This document shows positions 50,133 to 61,713 of a stretch of 64,000 nt of DNA, one piece after another. Below the pieces are notes generated by a model. It was not told where the DNA came from and searched no databases. It saw only the letters and a program-made list of their open reading frames with translations. Origin of the DNA: Squalus acanthias (taxonomy: Eukaryota); NCBI GenBank assembly GCA_030390025.1, contig CM059438.1, positions 68,016,001 to 68,080,000 of the forward strand. Direction: 5' to 3'. The position numbers were made by a program, and so were the translations under genes. How positions within the stretch are numbered: position 1 is the first letter of the stretch; each line of letters begins with the position of its first letter.

Positions 50133-51331
50133 ATGGGTGCCATTTATACTGTCTCACCTTGCTTCTCAGAATCGGACCATGATGAGCCCCAACACCAGCA
50201 GCACCAACACCAACACCAACTTTCTCTTCAACCACCTGATGCTGCACAGGACAGAGGGCCTCAGCGCAGGGCTGCCCCGCGTCAGAGGCGATACCCCAAC
50301 ACAGGGTATACAGGCAGAGGTTGAGCTTCCTCAACATGACTGAGCAGCAGTGCCAAAGGAGGCTCCGGCTATCACGCCAGGTCGTCGCAGACATTTGCAC
50401 ATTGCTGGACCAAGACCTGCAGCCCAGAGGAGCGGGTGGGCATGCCTTACCAGTGGCTGTCAAAGTCACCAGCGACTCAGGCTCCTTCCAGTGATCTGCA
50501 GCAGACATTTGTGGCATCTCGCAGTCGGCCGCCCACAGATTCTTCACACAAGTCACTGATGCCCTCTTTCACAAGTCAGCCAATTACAACAAATTTGCCA
50601 CTGATGAAGCCAGTGTCACTGAGTGGGCGCTCGGCTTTGCCACTCTGGTTGGCTTGCCACGGGTGCAGAGCGTCATCGACTACACACATGTGACCATCAG
50701 GGCACCCCATCATCACCCAAGAGCCTTCGTCAACCGCAAAGGTTTCCACTCCCTCAATGTGCAGCTTGTCTGCAACCATAGTAAGATCATCATGCATGTG
50801 TGCGCCAAATTCCCTGGCAGCTGCCATGACTCTTTCATCCTTCGCCAGTCCACCCTCCCTCAGCTCTTCGCTCCTCCAAACAGACTTTCCAACTGGCTGC
50901 TTACAGACAAGGGCTATCCACTCAAGACATGACTCATGACATCCTTGAGGCCAAGTACTGAGGCCCAGGAGAGATACAATGAAAGTCACATCTGCACCAG
51001 ATGTGTCATAGAGCAAACAATAGGCATGCTGAAAATGCACTTCAGATGCCTTGACAGATCTGGAGAAGCCCTTCAGTACGCACCAGCCAGGGTCTCCAGA
51101 ATCGTCGTGGTCTGCTGCACCCTGCACAACATAGTGCAGCAGCGAGGATTAGCGCTGTATGAGGAGCAAGGCACAGAGTGCACAGCCTCTTCAGAGGAGG
51201 AGGAGGAGCATCATCTGGAAGACAAGGAGGAGCAGGAGCTGGAGGAACCTGCGGTCCAGATCCGACCAGCACCCGAGCACATTGCTGCCCAGGAGGCCAG
51301 GGATGGCCTCATCATGGCCAGATTTAGTTAA
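50133..51331 (+). pseudogene. Harbinger DDE transposase (HARBI1-like family), with frameshifts and stops
   Basis: [59 protein letters not shown]. In-frame TGA at ~50492 and 50930 and a small deletion near 50470. Confidence 0.92.
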
Positions 51332-51599
51332 CTTTACGCATTACACCCATATGGCTGCCACATGCTGTGCCAGGTTGGCACCACCCCACAGCAACACCAT
51401 AAAGTATTCTTACAATGACCAAGCCATTCCTTTCACACTGACCACCATTGCTGGAGGTAGCGTTATGTCTCACCATTCACTCCAATTCATTAAGCAACTT
51501 CCAAAGATGCACACAAATTTGTCCATGACTGCAAAGTGGTGAAAATAAAGATTTTTATCTGTGACATCACAGTAACAGAAACTTTACAGACACATTTAA

Positions 51600-53528
51600 T
51601 AAAACGCCCAACCGGCTATCCTTGTGAATCAACTTTCTCTTACACGTGCTTCTACGAGGTGCGACCCCTGTGGTTTCAGCAGAGGTAGAGGCAGCCTGCT
51701 CACTTCCCTGCTGTGACTGCACAGACCCATTTGGCGGATGTCCTCTGGATTTTAGAGCCTGTGATGGCCCTGCCAATGTCTGATCCTCCTGCGACTGTGC
51801 AGGGGCAGACTAGGCAATTGCGATCCGAGGAGGCATCTGGGGCTCTGACTGAGGGTGGTGGGAGGGGGGGGGGGGGGGGTGGGGGGTGGGGGGGGGGGTG
51901 TTGGTGGTGCAATGGGGGAGAAGTGTGAGTGCTTTGAGAGGAGCCCCCACTTGCATATCCCCTCTCACCATCATCCCTCTCAAGGGCCACCCGCACTTCC
52001 CTGCTGGCAAGGAGCTGGAGAGCACCTTGCTGCACAGCAGTGGGGCCATGTGGATTCACTTCTATGTTGACATCTCTCCAAAGAGGAGGTCTATCAGCCT
52101 CTGCCATCTATTCTCCATAGAGACCATGTGCTCCTGTGAGTGGCGTATTAGCTGCTCCATGCAGGTGGCCATCCTACCCATGGAAGAGTCTGCAGTCACC
52201 ATCGCCTGCGACACAGTGGTGCTCATGTTGGAAATGGACTCCTCCATCTCTGCACATTTGCAGACATTGCAGTCGCAAAACCTGTCAAAGCTTCCTACAC
52301 TTCTTGCTGCACCTCCAGGATCGCCCTCTTTCTGGATGGCCCCCGAGGCTCAGCATTTGCGTGCAGCTGAGCAGAGCTGGGAGCATCCTGCGCCCTCCAG
52401 CGAGGACTTTCCATTGGTGTCCCTGTCTCCATCATCTGCTCTTGCTCACTTGTGAGTTGTGAGACATCAGGTGATAATACTACTCGCGTGGGACCCACCG
52501 AGGTGTGCATATCTGCGCTGGTGCTGGGTGCGCTTATGTCTGGTGCACCCTCAAAGGCTGGAGGTTGCTCTGAGGAGTTCTCTTCCTCTTCCCCCTGGAC
52601 TGTTAGGGGTGTGGTGGGGGGGGGGCGGGTGGGGTGCTCTTGATGGACCTGTGGGAGATTAAAGAGATGAGTTAGATATGTCATATGAAGCATGGGTACA
52701 GATACCATTATGTACATGATGAACATTCACTGGCTGCTGACATCAGTCCCCATATGAGTGACCGATGTATGCCAGGTAGCTGTATGAGATGTAATTCTGT
52801 CACCAGGTTGCTGAGATGTCACCCTCACTCTGTCTCTCACCTCCAAGACTTCCAAGGCAGCCTCCTCTGCTGATGTTAGGGTACCAATGATGGAGTGGCA
52901 CCTCTGGTCCTCTCCCTCTCCCTCGTATTGTGGGATCTCTTTGCCTGCAAGGAGAGAAAGAAGAGAAGGTTGACTGAGAGTGATGGAATGACTGTAAGGA
53001 ATGAATGGGTTACATCTGTAGAGGGTGACTATGATGAAGTGGGGCGGTAATGCCAAGTGGCCTCCTTGTGTGTTGTTAGTTGGTATGATTGCACTAGGAT
53101 GAGGGTGAGTGTGAGGGGTGGCTAGTCAGATGGGGATGTGATAATGTAGATAGAGAGAGAGGGATGGGTGGGCATGCAAGGTACATTGGTATGAGTAAGG
53201 ATGTGCAGGAGTAGGGTTGGGAAGGCAGAGTGATGGGGATGTGATGACAGGCACTGCAGGATGAAGTTGAGTGTGGCTTTGCACTCACATTTCCTGAACT
53301 AATGAGATCATTGAAACGTTTGTGGCACTGCACCCAGGTCCTCCTGACCACATCCCTACTGTTGACCTCCTCTGCTATTTGGACCCAGGCTCCTTTTGTC
53401 TCCAGGGGAGGTCTCTTCCGCCCATCTGAAGGGTAGAGGACCTCTCTGTGTGCTCTCACTCCCTCCACAAGTATACGGAGAGAGTCATCGGAGAACCTGG
53501 GTGCTGCCCTCTGTCTCAGTGCAGTCAT
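51600..53528 (-). pseudogene. Harbinger Myb/SANT-like gene, spliced (exon1 53528-53289, exon2 52944-52804, exon3 from 52648), disrupted
   Basis: APRFSDDSL..AWVQIAEEVN..RTWVQCHKRFNDL. Splice sites are at the same positions as in the 477-1884 copy. The 3' end is approximate. Confidence 0.82.
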
Positions 53529-53830
53529 ATTTGCCACTCTTTGCAACACTCCAATGGTGCAGTGCCATGCCGGCACTATCCTAGATGAACCTTCAAATGC
53601 AATATCCCGGCTGAAAACGCGTCATTGCTGACGTCATCAGACTCGCACCATTTAATAGGGCTGGGTAAAGCGCAGGGTGGCCTTAATAGGCTCCATTAAT
53701 GGAAAGTCGATCTTAGGAGCTGCATGGGATGAAAAACGGGGTCGCAACCCGCCATGGGAACCACCCGCACCCGACCCGCCCAGGTACAGAAAATTCCAGC
53801 CGATGTTTTTTTTAAGAAAACCTAAATGCA

Positions 53831-55351
53831 AAGCTAGAAATTCATTATAGCCCAGGAATGGGCGGTATCTTTAGAAAAGTTTGAGAATTAGCGCCAGGCG
53901 CTAATGCTTTAGACTGCACGCAAAATTCATTCTCACCGCTCAAAGAAATGATTGGGCGCTAAATCAAGTCTTAAAGGCCTAGCTCAGTGGCGTTACACTC
54001 AAAGGGTGGACCAATATCGGGTGCAGTCTAATCTCAACTCATAATTGCCACAGGCTTTTCCCAGTACTTAAAGGGGAGGTTCATTGCTACTGCAGCACCT
54101 CATTCTCAGCATTGCTGGCTGTGTAGCGGCCTCAGCAAGGAGAAGCACAACAAGGAGAAGGAGCTGGAGGACTGAAGCAGGTGTGCTCATGGCAGATCCA
54201 CTTCAGTCGGGTAGTCAGGGTGATTGAATGTTTCAACAAATGTTACATACCACCATCTGTACCACAAGCTTCACACACTGCCCATAGCACCACACCCCCA
54301 GCACTCACCCACCAACAATCTCTACCTGCCAACTAATGGCCCCTGTGCTGGCCATAGTTGAATAGCTGTCATTGTGTGCAAGGCGTGAGATGTGGCCATT
54401 AGTTATCAGAATGAATGTGATATGATTATGCATAAATTTATTAATGGAGTTTGCAATATTTTGTGGTCACTCTCATTTCACCTTTGCGCCCAGGAGGACG
54501 CTGAGATATGGCATGACACAGGGATGGTATGATGGGAATGTGGTGAGCAAAAGGGATCTGGGGTTCAAGTCATCCTGGTGTGAGGCTGGAGGTCTGTTTG
54601 GAGAAGGTGGCAGAGTTCTGTGACCACCTCCTTGGTGATGCAGAGCCATCTAATACACTGCTCCTCGCTTAATTGAAGGTAGGAGAAGTGTTGTCAGAAT
54701 ACCCTCGGAGGGTAAGGCCTCCTGGTGAGAGCCCTGCAGTCCCTCCTCATCCCACTGCGCACATGTTCCCGTATTCCTGGCTGCCTCCGCTCCCTCCACT
54801 GTAGATCCTGGAGGGCGAGGTGGCATGCCAGTACAGCCCCCATTAATGTTGCCAAGTGTAGCAGTTTGAATCTTTGAACAATAAATGTAGCCACTTTGCA
54901 CTTGCCAGAAGACTGCTGATAAAGAAGACGCTTGAAATTACTCATAGGAACTGGTCGAGTGTATGAAACTGACAAGAAGCCACTGAAACTAACCTGCCCT
55001 GACAGCTGCGAGTGATTAATGCTGATGCTTTTAAATAACGTCACTGGGGCCGGCTTCCTGCAGCTGTGCGCCAGCTCTCTCTGTCGCTGTCTGGTCGAGG
55101 CGCAAAGGTTAGTGGCGACAATGAATTTTGCAGATCGGGCGCCTGGTGAGCGTTGCACGGTCACTAACGTCATGATCTGCCTGCCGTTGAAGTCCCTGGC
55201 GGTACCTCATACCGATGTGCAACTGGGGGCGGGGGACTGGATTTGCCGTGCGGCGCTGGATTCACCTCGCCCCGGCGCTACTGTACCAGCGCCGCATTAC
55301 CGGCCTTTGCAGGCGCTAACGGGAGGCGCTAACCTACCGAATTTTTCCCCC
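53831..55351 (-). mobile_element. Deleted Harbinger derivative related to family D, retaining a transposase N-terminal remnant (~54580-54740, -)
   Basis: Ends AAGCTAGAAATTC / GAATTTTTCCCCC. Minus strand reads RRPYPPRVF*QHFSYLQLSEEQCIRWLCITKEVVTELCHLLQTDLQP, similar to the N-terminus of the other two transposases. Confidence 0.7.
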
Positions 55352-56710
55352 TTAGATACAGGGCTATGGAGAGAGAGAGACCAAAGCAGTGGGATTTGTT
55401 TTGGGTTACTCTAGCAAAGAGCCAGTACAGACACAATGGGCCAAATGGTCTCCTGTGTTTTAAATGGTTCCATAGCAGAGAAGATTACCACAAAAAAAGG
55501 AAATGGGAGCTGGAGGGGTGTTGGTGACACTGAGCCGTTAAGTGTTGCTTTTGTCTAAGCCTTGATAGTCTGCAAAGGTATACAGTTCTTGTTCGTTATC
55601 TATTGAGATATGTTTACTATGATTTAACTGTACACAAATCAAGAGGAAAGCAGTGTTAGTACCTTCTCATTTAGAAAAGGTCGTTTTATTGACCAGGAGA
55701 AATGTGACATCCAAATTAAATGAATGGAACTTGTATAATCCTATCAGAAGACACCAGTAGGTTTCAGAGCCACTGCTGTCTGTGGGCAATTTCTGCAGCC
55801 ATTACCACTGCCGACTCGAGGCAAACTAACGTAGCTGTTCAGAATAGTCGGAGTTTAATTAAAATTGCTTTATTTAAGCCTTCTGTCAGATTTCTGCTCG
55901 GAATGCTGATAGAATGTGATGGCCTTTAATTAGTTGAGACAGGGACCCCTGAGCATCTTATTAACAATGGAGATGCATTTGCGGGTTTAATACAACTGAA
56001 AGTTGTGCTTGTACATTAAACCACGATTGCTTTTTTCTCACCGGATTTTGCATTTTTTAGTTTTATTCCACAGTAATCTCCTGTTATCGTGAATGGGGAG
56101 GAAGGTTTTGGTGCGAAAGAACTTCTCCTTCTTCAGGGGCTAGAATGTATTTTGCAGTTCTACACCCATTTTACCATCATTCAGTAGCCTGTGACCTCCA
56201 ATCATTTAGTAATGGTTGTTATTGGACGTTGCAAATGTGGCTGTTTGTCACAACATGTTCTCCACAGCGGAGTAATGAGGCTTGTGGAAATACTGCAGCC
56301 TTTGGCAGACACTGCTTATAACAGTCTAAAATGGTGTGAAGGCGGACCAAAGAGAAGTGTGATCATGGAAAGTTAATCGTGGCAATTTAAATGCAGTGAA
56401 CTGCAGTTTATTGGATCATTATATCGTTATTTCTTGCAACTATTCCACACAAACAAGTTCCTTTTTCCGAATCTCTAGGTCCTTTCTAACAAACCTACAA
56501 CAGAGAAAGGTTACGGCTGTGCTAGGCTGGCTCCGTTTCAGACTGAGTGGATTTGATTTCCCTAATGATAAGAATTTTTCTCCCCCCCCCCATCAAGTAA
56601 TTTAAACCAAGTCAATGAAAAGGCCCGATCTCAGTGAACTCATTGTTTTAAGGTGGATTTGTATTCTCAGCTAGACAACCCAGTCACCTTGAAGACTTGT
56701 GTCGTGAATC

Positions 56711-56995
56711 AACAACAACAACTTGTATTTATATAGCGCCTTTAACGTAGTAAAACGTCCCAAGGCGCTGCACAGGAGTATTTTAAGACAACAAATTTGA
56801 CACTGATCCACATAAGGATAAATTAGGGCAGGTGACCAAAAGCTTGGTCAAAGAGGTAGGTTTTAAGGAGCGTCTTAAAGGAGGAAAGAGAGGTAGAGAG
56901 GCGGGCAGGTTTAGGCAGGGAATTCCAGAGCTTAGGGCCTAGGCAACAGAAGGCACGGCCACCAATGGTTGAGCGATTATAATCAGGGATCCTCA
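56711..56995 (-). mobile_element. L2-like LINE 3' end with (TTG)n tail
   Basis: Peptide GGRAF..GPKLWNSLP..SLSSFKTLLKTYLFDQAF; tail GGCGCTATATAAATACAAGT shared with the SINEs. Confidence 0.85.
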
Positions 56996-59987
56996 AGAAG
57001 CTTAAACTCAAGCTCACAGAGTCACAAGATCACCTGAGGGCTTCTCGTCTCATGAAGTCCATGTTCCAGACTAAAGACAGGATTTTTTCTTGGCCCCCTT
57101 AAAGAAAATAATCGTGCTGCTGTGTGAAAGGATATCTTGCTGGCTGGTGTTGCTGACAACTTTTTTGTCGGGCAATAACATCGGTAATTGGAGCTTGGTT
57201 TAAAACCTTCCAGTGTAAGTGACTGCTCACTGTGCACACAGTGGCAGCTCCAGGTCCCTGGACATGACATGAGTGGAACAAAGAGGCCCAACTCTAGCCT
57301 TCTCACTGTATTCATTTCCATTTGAGAAACGATCTAAATTATTAAACCGGGAGTCGAACAAGTCTGAGGATCATTATCTTGTGAGGAAAAAGCAAGGACG
57401 ATCTGCTATTCCCGTCATTGCAGATAATGGGCATTAGAAAGAAAACCCCTGACATCTTAAGTGGCTATTCAGCAGGGGATGCTTAGATTGGAAATCCTTG
57501 CCTTTCGCAGTACTGTTCAGTTTACTCTCTTGTCTTCCAATTCACAGTGTTAATACTAGTCATAAAATTGCACAAATTAAAGATGCAGCCTGTGAAATAT
57601 CTGATGGTGTTGGTTAGAGGGGTCACCACCAAATAATTGCATAAGACACTGAGAAGTTAACAAATGAGTGTCAGTTTTTTCATCAATAGCATTTTTTATT
57701 TTACATTCAACAAAGCGACATCTTTGCAAATGATCTGTTCAAATTTGGTATTCAAATTCTCATTGCATCGTGTGAAATTTCAGGCTCTCTCCGGCCACAG
57801 ATTACGTGGCGCAGTGCACTTCTTTCAAGTAGCGACGGGTTAACCCGTGTGCCCTTTTCCTGACAGCTTTCACAATCTGAGAAGTATTGGGTGGGGGAAA
57901 AAAAAACAATTCCTGAACCGAAACTCCCTTAATTCACGTTGAAGTGGCTGAGTTCCAATCCCATTTTAATCATGTGGGATTCCCAGGTTGTTAACGTTGT
58001 CTTGGTGATCATATTTTTGCGATTCTGCCAGTTCATCGTGAAATCTACTGGCTTATGGTGACTGAATGAATGACTATTTATTATGTGAGATTACAGGGTC
58101 TTCCGAGATTTCTCCCAGAGTTGTGGGGGTACATGGTTCTTCTCTGAAAATGACAAATCAGTGGCCTTGCTTATGCTCCATCAAAAGACAGCAGTTTTGA
58201 TCGTTCTGACTAAGACATACAATAATCACAGTCCAGACTTTTTTTCTAACTGTCAACGAGCGGATGTTTCTGGCTCTTGACAGGCGCAAATTGAACTGAG
58301 TGGGTTGCACTTACAGATGCACAGGTTGAGGGCCACACACAGCTCGGGCCATTCGAGTGGTTTTGCTCATTGATGGGAATGAGACTGTTTCTTCGCTGTG
58401 GTTTGGGTTGAGTCGGGAAGATGAGTCAGGAGCTTGTTAAAAGCTTGTTTTGGGCGAAAATAGGATACATGCAGATATTCCCAAGTGCAGTGGAGTGCTC
58501 GTACCTCCCCTGAAAATGAGTTTGCGGTTAATGATAAAACAATGTATTTAATATAATTGCTATTTGGAGAGAATACTTAAACCTATCCACGATTTGCTAT
58601 TAATATGAGTTCCTTAAGGTTAAACTGCACATCTGCTCCATATGTGTTTGTTTATTAGAAGTCCCATGGAGCTTTTGTTTGAAAAATATAAAAAAAAATC
58701 AATGAAATGATTGATGAAATTCAATTTTTCATCCAACACTTTTGGCCACTATTGCATTAGACTTCTGACAACATTTTGATTTATGAAACATTCAGGATTT
58801 TTTTTTTTCCAGGTGGTCTGTCTTTTCGACTTGAAGACAAGCTGTGTCCAGAGTATTGAAAAAACTGATTGATTGGGCTGGTGAGCTGGAAGATCAGTGA
58901 GTTTAGAAGGAAGGATAAAAGCATTACTTGATGTCCGTAGGCGTCGATGTTCAGCAGCTCAAACTCCACTAAGAATCAACCCCCTCCCTCCCACCGACTG
59001 ACTTATTACTTCAAAAACAACCGAGGCCTCCGACTGAAATTGAATCAGCTGAATATCATAACTCAGCACAGAATGCAACATTTAGTAAACTGTTCAATTA
59101 ATAATTCATTTTGAACCCAAATCCTATAGTTTAGATGCTTATTGCAGTTGTCCATTCGACTGTTTTTCACATGCACATATTTTTGACGTACAGTGTTGGG
59201 TGAAACATAAGCTAGCTTTCAAAGTACTGGTGTAGTTACAAATACTCCTGTAAATACTGAAGTATATGCTTATGTTGACAGTAAACTGAGCATAGTAATT
59301 GGGTTTCTGTCTTATGCTATCTCTAGTTCTACATGGCAACGTTCCAGGACCTTTTGTCTCACTGTATCCGTCTTTCATTGAGTTCCAATACAACTGTCAG
59401 GTTAGGACACTCAATCGGCAGGTTCCTGCTTCACATCAGATTCCTGTGTAACGTGGTGTCAAAGTCTACTGTTACATCTCTCCTGTAAAAAACAAAAGTG
59501 AGTTACAGAATTCTGTTTCACCAGCAGAATGAAATACTGCAGCAGGGCTGTTGATATATGAGAGGCTTAAAAAAAACCCACGTTGAGAATGCTTCCAGAT
59601 TTCATTAGTTATGTTTTATTCTTATAGTTTCTGGGGTGGGGAAAGACTTTCAACTGTTGGCTACCCATTTCACTCCTGAAAAATGGGCGAGCGGCGGTCA
59701 TACATCTGGTGGGGACTTTGCGCACCCGTTTGCCCCTTGAATCAATTTTCAGGCATGTCTTGAAATGAGTACCCGGCACTCCCAACCAAAGCAGGTGAGA
59801 GGCTGTTTAATTATGTAAATCAGGGTCCTCCACCTACTGTGGTTCACCCAATGGCAACTTTCAAAGAGAAATGAGCGGAGCATGCCAGTCCAATCTCTCC
59901 AGACATTGAGAGATCCTTAACGGGACCGCCGGAAGCCTCCAAAAATGGTAAGATCATTTTGGGGTCGGGAGGAACAGGAGCACTTCT

Positions 59988-61713
59988 TGTAGGGGGTGGT
60001 GTGGTAGGGTCAGCTTCACCTCTGACTCAGTGAGCGATTCGAATCGCTCCCACGTCCCTGGTTCTAGACCTTGGACTTATTTGGGGGTTGTGAACAAAGA
60101 TGCAGTAGACAACAGGTTTTGATGAAAGAGTTTTGACTTTTATTAAAGAAAAGATAGCAAACTCAAAACACACTTAATGCTTAAACAAAGGTTGGGGAAC
60201 ACACGGTACAGGCGAGGGAGAATAACAATATACAAAAAAAACCTTATCCCTCCCTATCCCACTGCCTAGCTAGGTTTAATTCCAGAGGATCAGGGATAAT
60301 GCTCACCAAACAGGGGTTTTGACAGTTCAAAATCCAGCCAGGTAAGTCGATTGCGTTTTTGGGGTACTCTCTTCATGTCCTTTGGGGCCTGCCGTCCCCA
60401 CGTGGTACCGGTCTGTGGAATCTGCGAAGGTTCCTCAGTCTGGTGGAGTCCGCTGATGCGGTATGGCGCGGTTGTGGATGTATCAGGTGAGTACCCGATT
60501 TCTTTGTTTCTAGCTGCAGGTTTAGAGTCTTTGCATGCAAGTCTTACCCAGGGGTAAGCCAGGAGTAGTTGTAGGGTTGGCGTTTCTTCGGGTTTCCCCT
60601 GGTTGGTTGGTTTTGGTCGTGGTTGCCTGGTGGTTGGTTGCTGCGCGGGGCCTTGGTTCCCGTGGTACTTTTGAGTGGCGGTTCACCTCGTGGAGCCCTT
60701 GGCGGCTCTGGTTATTGTTTTGTTGCATTGGAGGCCTGTCGGGGCGGTACCTCCTGGAGCTGGACCGTGGGTTGAGCGATGCAGACTCGCTCCCAGCCTC
60801 CAGTGACCTTTGCTAGCCCTTGCCTGGTCTGGTCTGTCACAGCTTCCGATCTCGCCTTGGGTCTGCCTGCCTCGTGGCCTAGCTGCTTCTCTCTCCTCCT
60901 GTACATGTCGTGTGGCTCCTGACCCTCTGTAGCTGGTAGTAACTTGCTGTGTCTTGCTGGGGGAATAGGCCCTCAATTATACCATTCGGGCCTATTGTGT
61001 TTTTCGCGCCAAAACCGCTTTACTAAATCGGTTTCAGTTGAGGCCTGTTTATTCTATTGTCTTAGGTTTTGGCGGGCTCGTTAAGTCTGATGACTTTAAC
61101 TTTATGTTAACTTGTCCTGATGGCCTCCGATGTCTCCCATTTAGACAGGGCCTTTATCTACGCGCCAAATCTTGCCCCCTTTGTTTTAGGTTTTGGCGGG
61201 CTCGTTAAGTCTGTTCCTGTAGATACTTGGCTAATTGGTTTTGGTGGGATGATGGGCTGTGAAGCTGTGTGCTGGACGTTTTATTGTTAGGAATTCTGTT
61301 TGGACCTGGGGATTTCAAAAGGGGTCTTGGTTTATTCATTTTTTTGGATGTGTTTGTGAGGTTTTGGGTGAGGCTCTTCCTCCTTGGTTGGATTGCAGTG
61401 CAAACATCTCCCAGACAGCTTGGCTCGGTCCCAATACCCTCAAGCTGTCCACTGCCTCACCACACCCTTTCCTGCAGCCTGTGTTTCTGTGACTGCAGGT
61501 TTACCCAATGGCCCTTTTTAAAAAGGTGTCTTATCATCCAAAAATCATTTTCCTCAGGTTTATTCTTCCCTGATCCTTAAAAATGTCCAAAACTGAGGTT
61601 TTGACCTCAAATTCCTTCATTTAGGTCCCATCATTCCAAATTCGTGTTCAGATCCAAAACTCACCCCCTTTAGGGTTCTATACAAGTTTCTGGGGGATTT
61701 TGCGAAGCCTACA
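59988..61713 (-). mobile_element. Solo LTR (1726 bp) of an endogenous retrovirus or LTR retrotransposon
   Basis: TGTAGG...CCTACA inverted termini, 4-bp TSD TTCT (59984-59987, 61714-61717), minus-strand AATAAA at 60139-60144. Confidence 0.8.
60976..61213 (-). promoter_or_regulatory. Putative LTR promoter: E2F sites and TATA-like box
   Basis: TTTTCGCGCCAAAA (61001-61014); 28-bp direct repeat containing TTTTGGCGGG (61062-61089, 61186-61213); minus-strand TATAAT at 60976-60981. Confidence 0.45.

Larger units (their letters stand above)
49596..53801 (+). mobile_element. Full-length two-gene PIF/Harbinger transposon (4206 bp), decayed
   Basis: TIRs GGCCGTAATTTTCTG / CAGAAAATTCCAGCC, TSD GAT (49593-49595, 53802-53804), convergent transposase and Myb/SANT genes. 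Confidence 0.95.

Noticed and set aside
51855..51900. Poly-G run (G-quadruplex / polyproline), also poly-C at 48880-48900
   Set aside because: Simple homopolymer expansions inside decayed transposons, and prone to sequencing error.
50133..53528. Host genes HARBI1 / NAIF1
   Set aside because: The ORFs sit between TIRs with a TSD, are multi-copy and are disrupted. They are transposon genes, so no gene symbol is assigned.
60351..60976. Short ORFs inside the solo LTR as retroviral accessory genes
   Set aside because: All are under 100 aa, mostly with non-ATG starts, and have no recognisable motif.
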